From: Patescibacteria group bacterium
GTDB taxonomy: Bacteria; Patescibacteriota; Patescibacteriia; 2-01-FULL-39-33
DNA: 32,000 bases
Assembly: GCA_041649575.1 (NCBI GenBank)
Contig: JBAZMW010000005.1
Span: 30,001-62,000, forward strand
Direction of reading: 5' to 3'
The notes below the pieces were generated by a model, which was given only the letters and a program-made list of their open reading frames with translations, was not told where the DNA came from and did no database searches. Position 1 is the first letter of the stretch, and each line of letters begins with the position of its first letter. Shown piece after piece: positions 25,341-32,000 of the stretch. The position numbers and the translations under genes were made by a program.

Positions 25341-26117
25341 TTACTCCTTTGTCAGGTGAGCGGTTGTGAAGATGGAAGGCTCAATAGAGTCAGGAAACTC
25401 TCTCTTCACGACTCGCAACACAGTCGTCCTTCCTAGCGCGACATTCTCAATCGCGGTAGCGCCAGCTCGCCATAGCCCGCCTTCTTTTGCTTCGACGTCT
25501 TTGTTGACAAGCGTTTTGACTAGCCTGTCGGCTTGGTCGTAGAAGCGAATCTCCCTGGTGATGAAGCTTCTATCTATCAGAAAGACCCTCTTTCCGTAGC
25601 CGGATTTGATTCCAGGCTTGGATCGCGCTTCAACCGCCCAGACGCCCTCCTTGCACTCCAGTGTCTGGTAATCGAAGTCATCGAGGCGTTCGCCGGTGAG
25701 TTGCCTGGCGTCCTCGTAGCTGAAATCAGTCCCGGCGAAATACTTACTCTCGTCACCGACAGAGATTCGTCGAACCTTGTCGAACGATGGCAGCTTGAGC
25801 CATAGGTCGTCAGCATTTCCCGGATGACGGTTGACCAGCAGGCCTAACCCGCGATCCATGGCTGGTTCGCCAAAGATCATGCACGTCTTGTCCTCGCCAT
25901 TTGGCTCGAACAAGATCCAGCGAGTATAGGCCTTTTCCGTCTTCCGGCCGCTGTATCCCGTCACGACGACTTGCACGTTCTCGATTTCGTAGACTGACTG
26001 GCGATACAGCTGCCAGCTTTTGCCTACGATTTCTCGGCCGTTGTCGGTGGTGGTTTGCGCCGAAGCGACAACTGTCGACAACATGGCCGCTATTACTATT
26101 AGCATGGTTTTCTTCAT
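25341..26117 (-). CDS. LolA-like outer membrane lipoprotein-sorting protein family
   Basis: The true start is the ATG at 26117 (GGGAGA 6 nt upstream), giving signal peptide MKKTMLIVIAAMLSTVVASAQ. The block LWLKLPSFDKVRRISVGDESKYFAGTDFSYEDA matches the LolA_like family signature (LPxxxxVRRISxxxxxxxFxGSDFxYED). The 71-codon N-terminal extension in the track overlaps the MMPL gene and is rejected. Confidence 0.8.
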   Translation of the reverse strand: MKKTMLIVIAAMLSTVVASAQTTTDNGREIVGKSWQLYRQSVYEIENVQVVVTGYSGRKTEKAYTRWILFEPNGEDKTCMIFGEPAMDRGLGLLVNRHPGNADDLWLKLPSFDKVRRISVGDESKYFAGTDFSYEDARQLTGERLDDFDYQTLECKEGVWAVEARSKPGIKSGYGKRVFLIDRSFITREIRFYDQADRLVKTLVNKDVEAKEGGLWRAGATAIENVALGRTTVLRVVKREFPDSIEPSIFTTAHLTKE

Positions 26118-26179
26118 GTTGTGTCTCCCGATGTGGTTGAGCCGGGCAAGCAACCAAAGGTTGCCGCCCGGCTTGTTTC

Positions 26180-28627
26180 TCATTTCTTTTCTCGCCCTAC
26201 CACGCAGAGTGGCAGAGCGGCCAGCATGGCCACCATGGCGCCGAAGCCGCAAGCGATTAGCATGGCAATCATCACCCATCCCAGCCGTGCGACCGGAATG
26301 AAATTTGATGCCGTAAGAGGCAAGAAACAAAAGCAGTTCAGCGTAATGTCAACCAAAACCGCTCGTCCCTTGTCTCTCATACTGCCTCGCAGCGCTTCAA
26401 GTCGGCCTGTGGTCTGGATGATCGGTTGATACGCAGCTACCAAGTACAAGCCGAAGTCCATGGCCGCGTTTATCGCCATGGCGGTAACGCAGGCAGTGGC
26501 TTGGTCTAGCGGTATTCTTAGTACCATCATTAATACAGCGATGACCGCAGTAGCGAAGATAAACGGCACGTTCATGACCAGTCCGGTGCGCCAGCTGCTA
26601 AGGCACGTCGTACCTCCTCTTATTCCGCGGTTGCGCCAGAAGATCCAGAGCCCGCAGATAATAGCGACAATCCATTGCGAAGTCAGCAGGTTTAGCGGCT
26701 TGCCTTCACGGATGTATTTGTCGTTACGAGGATAGATCGGTACTTTGCCAAACGGCAAGATTTGCAGTCCGGGAAATTGCTCTCCCAGTTCTCTTATCTC
26801 GTCGCAGAGCTGGCCCAGGACATTGGAGTCTTCCATGGCTGTAGAGGCAAAGATCACGACCCCTTGGTCGAACCACAGTTGTTGCTGCACTGGTGGTCCT
26901 ACGTCCCAGGAGATGATCTCCCAGATGTCGTGAGCTTGCTGAGTGGTTGTTGGCCACTTTACGCCATATGACTCTCGCGATACCACGCCGACCGTGTCTA
27001 GAGCGGATTTGACTTCTCGGACATTGGCCAGCCTGGCGATCGCGTTTTGGAACTCGACCGCTTTTTGGATGAAGGCGGGGTCGTCCACCGTTGTCGCTCT
27101 TGAGGGCATAACCAGGACTGACACGCGGTCGAAACCGTACCTGTCGTTCTCGTTGAGGAATTTGCTGGCGCGATATACTATCGTGCCAGGGATATATTCC
27201 AAGGGTCTGGTCCGGACTTCTATGAAGTCAAAGTCCTTGCTAACCCCAGGGATATAATCCAAACTGATCATGCCGATCGTGGCAACAACCAGCGCCCCAA
27301 CCAGAGACAGTGACAGCCAGCCAATCTTTCGGTAGGCAAAGCGCCCTTTCTTGTTTCGGCCGATGACAGCGGTGATCAGACGGACGATGCCACAGAGGAA
27401 TCTGTCCCAGATCGCCGCCGCCCAGGCTATACGACTCAGACTGTTTTTCACAGATACCGCTTCGCCACCCACCAACGAGTGGAGGGCTGGCAAAAACAGT
27501 AGTGATAACAGGATGAGATACGCGATGCCGAGACTGGCGAAAATCCCTACCTCCATAATTCCTCTGACGCCGATCTGGTAGAGGGTCAGGAAGTTGAGGA
27601 TGGCAATCAGCGCTGTCACGCCTATCACGCCATTGATGGATCGGGATCGGCGCCAGACAGCAGCCATCGTGGCCTGGTTGTCGGCTAGTCGGTTTTCGTT
27701 GTAGGCACAGAACTTGTGCACTGCGAACGAAATGCCGGCTACGATGATGGCGGTGTCAACCAGCAGGAAATACACCCGTTCGTAAACAGGCAGTCCTGCT
27801 ATTTGTGCCAGCCCGATTGATCCCCGCGCCCAGATAAAGCAGATCAAAACCACGAGAGTGGCAATCACTGCCTGTCTTAGCGATCTTAGAGACACCCAGG
27901 CGATGAGGCAGACAAGACCCAGTCCGATCGTAGACAGCCTCATGACGTCGGCTGTAAGCGAAGAGAAGATCAGGCCTCGGCCAATCACCCAGCCAGCCGG
28001 CATGACTCTTTCGAATCTGCCTGTCGGCTTAATGTCTGACTTGAAAAACCACTCCCATTCGGGGATCTCCCTCTGCTCCAGCATATTCGCCACGTTTCGA
28101 AACGTCTTCATCTCCTCGTAGCCGACCGGTAGCAGCAGGATTATTTGGGAGTAATCAAATTCTTTCCCAATCAGCAGGCCGTATACCCCGGAATCCCGGC
28201 GAACATCAGCTTTCCATCTTTCGATGTCAAACCGAGGATCGTCCAGGAGTTTCTGGGATATGTAGGGGTCACTGGAGAGAGCGTCACCAGTGTCTTGGTA
28301 GTGGGCCGCTTTGGACAAACTCAGAATTCCAAAACCCGGAAAGCTTTTTTCCAGCGTTTCCGTGAACCAAGAGACGTACTCCATGTCTTCTTTGGTGATG
28401 GCTTTTGGAAACTGAACTACGAAAGAAATGGCATCTCCGGTTTTCAGGCCTTGAGAAGCCAGTCCTTTCACTCGTTCATCTAGGAGGCGGTAGGGGTCTT
28501 GCTTGTTAAGCAGGGCGTCGTCGAGATCTCCCGCTTTTTTGACGTAGAGATTGCCATACAACATCGGTACGGTCAATACCAATACGGCGATCACTACAAC
28601 CAGAGCAAAACGCTTGTCGTGCTTCAT
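26180..28627 (-). CDS. RND-superfamily exporter, MMPL/HAE3-like
   Basis: 815 aa with the two-fold architecture TM1, large extracytoplasmic loop, TM2-6, repeated once. The hydrophobic bundles are typical of MMPL-type transporters. GGGAGGA lies 7 nt upstream of the ATG. Confidence 0.8.
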   Translation of the reverse strand: MKHDKRFALVVVIAVLVLTVPMLYGNLYVKKAGDLDDALLNKQDPYRLLDERVKGLASQGLKTGDAISFVVQFPKAITKEDMEYVSWFTETLEKSFPGFGILSLSKAAHYQDTGDALSSDPYISQKLLDDPRFDIERWKADVRRDSGVYGLLIGKEFDYSQIILLLPVGYEEMKTFRNVANMLEQREIPEWEWFFKSDIKPTGRFERVMPAGWVIGRGLIFSSLTADVMRLSTIGLGLVCLIAWVSLRSLRQAVIATLVVLICFIWARGSIGLAQIAGLPVYERVYFLLVDTAIIVAGISFAVHKFCAYNENRLADNQATMAAVWRRSRSINGVIGVTALIAILNFLTLYQIGVRGIMEVGIFASLGIAYLILLSLLFLPALHSLVGGEAVSVKNSLSRIAWAAAIWDRFLCGIVRLITAVIGRNKKGRFAYRKIGWLSLSLVGALVVATIGMISLDYIPGVSKDFDFIEVRTRPLEYIPGTIVYRASKFLNENDRYGFDRVSVLVMPSRATTVDDPAFIQKAVEFQNAIARLANVREVKSALDTVGVVSRESYGVKWPTTTQQAHDIWEIISWDVGPPVQQQLWFDQGVVIFASTAMEDSNVLGQLCDEIRELGEQFPGLQILPFGKVPIYPRNDKYIREGKPLNLLTSQWIVAIICGLWIFWRNRGIRGGTTCLSSWRTGLVMNVPFIFATAVIAVLMMVLRIPLDQATACVTAMAINAAMDFGLYLVAAYQPIIQTTGRLEALRGSMRDKGRAVLVDITLNCFCFLPLTASNFIPVARLGWVMIAMLIACGFGAMVAMLAALPLCVVGREKK

Positions 28628-28720
28628 GTTCTATATCCTCCCGAAGCCATTTCAGGCCCCGTAGTTTAGGTCTTAATTGTCAACGTTCTTGGCTTTAAGT
28701 TGCTTTTTAAGCAACTATTA

Positions 28721-28749
28721 ATATTAACATATTTATTTTTTTATGTCAA
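28721..28749 (-). promoter_or_regulatory. promoter of the cassette 3 exporter operon
   Basis: Minus strand reads TTGACA (28744-28749), 17 nt, TAATAT (28721-28726). The predicted 5'-UTR of about 85 nt starts in the AGTTGCTTTTTAAGCAACT hairpin. Confidence 0.55.
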
Positions 28750-28819
28750 GTATTATTAAAGTAATATTATCTTTAAAATGCTGTTATAAATATTTTATTT
28801 TGTTAATATTTTATTTTTG

Positions 28820-28881
28820 AGTTATCCACAGCTATTGATTTTATTGCTATTGACAAACTTATATTTTTTTGCTAGTATAAT
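28820..28881 (+). promoter_or_regulatory. promoter module P2 (DnaA-box 9-mer plus TTGACA-17-TAGTATAAT)
   Basis: AGTTATCCACAG (28820-28831), a duplicated CTATTGA, -35 TTGACA (28850-28855), a 17-nt spacer, then TAGTATAAT (28873-28881). It is divergent from the exporter promoter. Confidence 0.6.
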
Positions 28882-28884
28882 CAT

Positions 28885-29066
28885 ACTAAGTAGTGTACCT
28901 TGGCTTCATCTTTGGGCAGCTCTCTATAGTAGGGGTAGAGGGCAAGTAGTTGTGAGGCCGATTGCTGCGGCGATCGCGACCAAAATCGACAGGGCGGACC
29001 TAGTTCGCCCATCCCCTCATTCTGAAGTGGCTGGCACAGGTATGTGTTCAGCCCCTTTTTTGTTTA
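28885..29066 (+). ncRNA. candidate structured RNA 2 (unclassified, about 180 nt)
   Basis: It lies between promoter P2 and a terminator. Local hairpins are GCTCTCTA/TAGAGGGC, GCCG/CGGC and GGGCG/CGCCC. Only an implausible ORF (28817-29101) overlaps it. Ends are approximate. Confidence 0.45.
29029..29066 (+). terminator. intrinsic terminator of candidate RNA 2
   Basis: GGCTGgCACA / TGTGttCAGCC hairpin (29029-29053) followed by CCTTTTTTGTTT. Confidence 0.55.
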
Positions 29067-29078
29067 AGTGGTTAGATG

Positions 29079-29107
29079 TTGACAAAATTTTATACTTGTG
29101 ATACAAT
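29079..29107 (+). promoter_or_regulatory. promoter of the methyltransferase cassette
   Basis: TTGACA (29079-29084), 17 nt, TACAAT (29102-29107). Confidence 0.55.
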
Positions 29108-29176
29108 AATATGAAACCCTCTTGGTTTCGTTTGGCACATTGAAAGCCGAATTATTCGGCAACAAGGAGACGGGAC

Positions 29177-30145
29177 ATGTCGCACAGAGGAAGTCTAGGA
29201 AGACTTTTGCGACGCCATCCCGCGTCGCCAAAAGTAGCAGCCGAGATGATTCGTCGTCGCACCAGGATTCACTTCGCGCAAGTCACTGACGATTTGATTC
29301 CGGATGCCTTCGAGATATACGAAGGGGATTGTTTCAAGACCGCGATCAAGAAGCATCCCAGGGTGAAAGGGTTCATAAAGGATTTCTGGCGGTGGAATGA
29401 ATACGCCTTGTCGCTTATGAACCAGAACTCATTCCCCTACATCAGCATGCAGCAGCTTCTGGCCAAGATGATCGCTCCCTTTACCGGGGAAGTTCTGGCC
29501 GACATCGGCTGTGGCGCTGGTGATTTCTGTGCTCGTTTGCTTCAGCAAGACGGACACTGGATCCGGAAGATCTTCGCTGTCGATATTGATGCTTGGGGCT
29601 CACTCGCCAGGGTGCCGCAGACTCTCAAGGATGCTGGGTACAGGGGGAAAGTGGCCTTGGCTCAAGACTCGACGATGTCCAGACTGCCAATCTGGGACGA
29701 AACCGTGGACTGTGTTGTTTCCAGTCTGGGCGGTGTCACCTATGCGGGTTGGTGGTTCGAAGACGGCGAGCTGGTTTGTGAAGGAAGGGAGGCACTGCGG
29801 AGAAGCCTGAAAGACATCCGTCGCATTCTGAAGCCGGGTGGGTATCTAGGATTTTCAGGTTTGATGCCGAATCCCGACTTCATGATGATCTTCAAGTATT
29901 CGCTGTGGGAGCCGCTACGTCACTGTCGCCTCAAGCCGTTGTGGATGACTCTTAAGCACGGCTTGCGGATCAAGAAGATCTCCGCTTTCATGCACGAGTG
30001 TGAGTGCAAGCAGACCGCGCACTACCTCACCCTGGAGGAGTGGGCTGCTTATCTAAAGGAAGCGGGATTCGAAGTTGTCGACGCTAGCGTCGGCGAGTCG
30101 TACGCTAAGCAGGGCATCGTAGTAGTCGCACGTAAGGTCAGTTGA
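29177..30145 (+). CDS. class I SAM-dependent methyltransferase
   Basis: Motif I LADIGCGAGDF, acidic residue after beta-2 (FAVDID) and post-II/III LKPGGYLGFSG. AAGGAGA lies 7 nt upstream. AAG/TTC/ATC codon preference. The roughly 110-aa N-terminal extension is of unknown function. Confidence 0.8.
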   Translation: MSHRGSLGRLLRRHPASPKVAAEMIRRRTRIHFAQVTDDLIPDAFEIYEGDCFKTAIKKHPRVKGFIKDFWRWNEYALSLMNQNSFPYISMQQLLAKMIAPFTGEVLADIGCGAGDFCARLLQQDGHWIRKIFAVDIDAWGSLARVPQTLKDAGYRGKVALAQDSTMSRLPIWDETVDCVVSSLGGVTYAGWWFEDGELVCEGREALRRSLKDIRRILKPGGYLGFSGLMPNPDFMMIFKYSLWEPLRHCRLKPLWMTLKHGLRIKKISAFMHECECKQTAHYLTLEEWAAYLKEAGFEVVDASVGESYAKQGIVVVARKVS

Positions 30146-30152
30146 CTTCGAT

Positions 30153-30197
30153 CCTCTCAAGATCGCGAGATTGAGAGGGGGTCGGAGTTTTATTTTT
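30153..30197 (+). terminator. terminator-like hairpin ending cassette 4
   Basis: CCTCTCAA(30153-30160)/TTGAGAGG(30171-30178) followed, after 9 nt, by TTTTATTTTT. Confidence 0.4.
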
Positions 30198-30240
30198 CCA
30201 TAAATAATGATAAAATATTTATATAAAGACGGGAAGAATT

Positions 30241-31884
30241 ATGGATATAAGAAACATAATTTTATTTATTGTATCGGTTTTGGATATAATCGTAGCGCTG
30301 GTTATATTTATTCATAACCCCAAAAAGGTTATGAATATAGCTTATTCTCTGACTGCTGTCTGGGCTGGCTTGTGGGGTTTTGGCATTGCAATGTTTAGGA
30401 TGTCCACTATTCACTTAGAACAATTGGTTTGGAACCAGTTTTTTATTTTTGTAGCGGCGTTGGTCGGCAGCGGTTTTTTACACTTCTCTTTGGTTTTCGG
30501 CGACAAGGCCGCAAAGTTGGATTTGAGAAGGTTTATATTGGTATACGCCCCTAATCTGATAGTTTTATGGGCAGTTTTGACTCCGGGAGTCATGATTAAG
30601 GATATCGTTGTCAGGAGCTGGGGCAACGAGAGTATTTTGGGTTGGGGCTATATTTATTACGGCTTGTATTTTGCCTTGTTGTGGCTGTGGGCGACTTTCA
30701 ACTTGTTTAAAAAATATGCTAAAGGCGAACCATCCCTAAGACAACAAATACTTTTTATCTATATTGGCATTGGCGTATCAATAGTTTTTGGCGCCACCTT
30801 TAACCTGATTTTTATTTTACTGGGCAATTATCAATACATTTGGCTGGGGCCATATGCCATGTTTTGCTTTGTTATCGCCACTTCTTATGCGGTGGCCAAA
30901 CATCAGCTATTGGATATAAAGGTGGTGACAACAGAAATTTTTGCTATCTTTTTGAGTCTGTTGACCTTTTCCGATCTGTTCAGGACTAGTGGTGGTTGGG
31001 AGTTTTCCGGAAAATTAGCTTTATTTTTATTAACTTTATTTTTTTCCATCCTTCTCATCCGCTCTGTCCTAAATGAAGTTCGCCGCCGCGAAGAAATGGA
31101 AAAACTCACCGAAGAATTAAAAAAGACCACCAAGAAGTTGGCTTCTGCCAACAAGGAACTGGAAAGGCTGGACGAAGCCAAGTCGGAATTTTTGTCCATC
31201 GCCAGCCACCAGCTGCGCACTCCCTCCACCATTATCAAAGGCTATATTTCCATGATGCTCGAGGGCAGTTTTGGCAAGGTGCCAAAAATAATCAAAGAGA
31301 ATTTAGATAAGGTCTATATTTCCAACGAGCGCTTGTTAAATTTGATAGAAACATTATTAAATATTTCCCGCATTGAATCTGGCCGACTAGAATTCAACAC
31401 CCAGCCGGTGGATTTGGTGAAGACCATCGAGCCGATTGTGGCCGACTTTCAGAAGAAGGCCAAGGAGAAGGGCTTGAAACTGGAATTTAGAGCCGAAAAA
31501 GATATCCCACAGGCCAAGGCCGACCCGCAGAAAGTCAAGGAAGTGATTTCCAACCTGATAGACAACTCTGTCAAATATACCAAGGAGGGTGAGGTGATTA
31601 TCGGTTTGCATCAGGAGGGCCAGTCGGTGGTTTTTACCTGCCAGGACACGGGTATTGGCATTGATCCAGAAGATGTGCCGCGGCTGTTTAATAAGTTTGT
31701 GCGCGGCAAGGGCATGATGCAGGTGTATACCGAAGGCACGGGCTTGGGACTATACTTCGCGCGGATGGTGATAGAAAATATGGGCGGCCGTATTTGGGCG
31801 GAATCGCCAGGCAAAGGCAAGGGCAGCAAATTTTCTTTTTCTCTGACGATGGCCGATAAAAATAAGGCTAAGAAAGTGAGCTAG
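30241..31884 (+). CDS. sensor histidine kinase with an N-terminal 7TM-type membrane domain
   Basis: About 7 N-terminal TM helices, a coiled coil, H-box SIASHQLRTP, N-box ISNLIDNSVKYT, G1 DTGIGI and G2 GTGLGL. Confidence 0.9.
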   Translation: MDIRNIILFIVSVLDIIVALVIFIHNPKKVMNIAYSLTAVWAGLWGFGIAMFRMSTIHLEQLVWNQFFIFVAALVGSGFLHFSLVFGDKAAKLDLRRFILVYAPNLIVLWAVLTPGVMIKDIVVRSWGNESILGWGYIYYGLYFALLWLWATFNLFKKYAKGEPSLRQQILFIYIGIGVSIVFGATFNLIFILLGNYQYIWLGPYAMFCFVIATSYAVAKHQLLDIKVVTTEIFAIFLSLLTFSDLFRTSGGWEFSGKLALFLLTLFFSILLIRSVLNEVRRREEMEKLTEELKKTTKKLASANKELERLDEAKSEFLSIASHQLRTPSTIIKGYISMMLEGSFGKVPKIIKENLDKVYISNERLLNLIETLLNISRIESGRLEFNTQPVDLVKTIEPIVADFQKKAKEKGLKLEFRAEKDIPQAKADPQKVKEVISNLIDNSVKYTKEGEVIIGLHQEGQSVVFTCQDTGIGIDPEDVPRLFNKFVRGKGMMQVYTEGTGLGLYFARMVIENMGGRIWAESPGKGKGSKFSFSLTMADKNKAKKVS

Positions 31885-31933
31885 CTTATGCCAGCAAAAC
31901 AATTTTTGCTAAAAGGTTGTCTTTTACCATAAC

Positions 31934-31953
31934 TATGGTATAATTATACCATA
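31934..31953. promoter_or_regulatory. perfect 20-bp palindrome overlapping a TATAAT -10 (operator candidate)
   Basis: TATGGTATAATTATACCATA is its own reverse complement. TTGTCT lies 16 nt upstream of the embedded TATAAT, and AAGGTGA plus an ATG at 31973 follow. Confidence 0.5.
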
Positions 31954-31972
31954 ATCAAGGTGATAATAACTT

Positions 31973-32000
31973 ATGGTTTTCAAGGGTAAAGCAGAGAATA
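31973..32000 (+). CDS. start of an unidentified gene (3'-truncated by the window edge)
   Basis: ATG at 31973 downstream of the palindrome/promoter and an AAGGTGA motif. Only 9 codons are visible (MVFKGKAEN). Confidence 0.3.

Noticed and set aside
26118-26330. N-terminal 71-codon extension of the LolA-like ORF (track start 26330)
   Set aside because: The extension overlaps the 3' end of the MMPL gene and encodes an R/G/H-rich non-signal sequence. The internal ATG at 26117 has GGGAGA upstream and yields a canonical signal peptide.
19440-28483. Alternative-frame ORFs inside cassettes 2 and 3 (for example 19440-19874, 20529-20864, 21239-21607, 21336-21698, 24071-24652, 25810-26157, 26020-26301, 26943-27257, 28145-28483)
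   Set aside because: Same reasoning as above. Each is shadowed by a longer ORF with a signal peptide or TM architecture, an SD site and operon logic.
23663-28830. The two perfect TTATCCACA DnaA boxes as a chromosomal replication origin
   Set aside because: I found only two boxes, about 5 kb apart, each embedded in a promoter module. There is no cluster of boxes, no adjacent AT-rich unwinding element with 13-mer-type repeats, and no dnaA or dnaN nearby.
23770-28945. 8-nt complementarity between RNA 1 (GCCCTCTA) and RNA 2 (TAGAGGGC) as an RNA-RNA interaction
   Set aside because: About one such 8-mer match is expected by chance between RNAs of these lengths.
1-32000. Search for CRISPR arrays, tRNA, rRNA, tmRNA, RNase P or SRP signature strings, integrases, transposases, reverse transcriptases and toxin-antitoxin pairs
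   Set aside because: None was found by eye. There are no regularly spaced direct repeats, no GGTTCGAATCC-type T-loops, no GAGGAAAGTCC or GGAAGCAGC motifs, and no recombinase or RT motifs in any long ORF. Covariance-model scans would still be needed to exclude divergent RNAs.

Overview
The backbone of this window looks like a small-genome, Patescibacteria/CPR-style chromosome segment; that taxonomy is inferred from gene content only. Backbone genes are tsaD, tsaE, ftsH, a short 4-domain S1 protein, a CDP-alcohol phosphatidyltransferase, a type IV pilus/T2SS-type ATPase, a 7TM histidine kinase and lineage-specific secreted proteases. There are many palindromic intergenic repeats. I found no rRNA, tRNA, CRISPR array, integrase or transposase.

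The main observation is that the window holds two gene populations. Nine CDSs sit in four self-contained cassettes at about 1214-3902, 19347-21780, 24057-28749 and 29079-30197, roughly a third of the window. Each cassette has its own near-consensus sigma70-like promoter and hairpin terminator. The cassette genes differ from the backbone in three ways that can be read directly:
- Every cassette gene has a strong GGAG-type Shine-Dalgarno site, while backbone genes have essentially none.
- They prefer AAG/TTC/ATC codons where the backbone prefers AAA/TTT/ATT.
- Their proteins are R/W/P-rich rather than K/N/I-rich.

Two cassettes encode diderm-type envelope machinery: an RND/MMPL exporter, a LolA-like protein and two beta-barrel-like proteins ending in Phe. 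This is unexpected if the host is a monoderm CPR bacterium. One cassette encodes three proteins with no recognisable domain.

The largest cassette is bracketed by two paralogous promoter modules (perfect DnaA-box 9-mer, TTGAC, 17 nt, TAGTATAAT). Each drives a terminator-capped, GC-rich, non-coding transcript that I could not classify.

Other items of note:
- A 1010-aa tandem fusion of two complete PilB/GspE ATPase units.
- Two paralogous HExxH lipoproteins flanking a very AT-rich papain-like peptidase/GNAT fusion.
- A MITE-like 133-bp hairpin element with a matching empty site elsewhere in the window.

All functional calls come from motif reading by eye. No searches were run.
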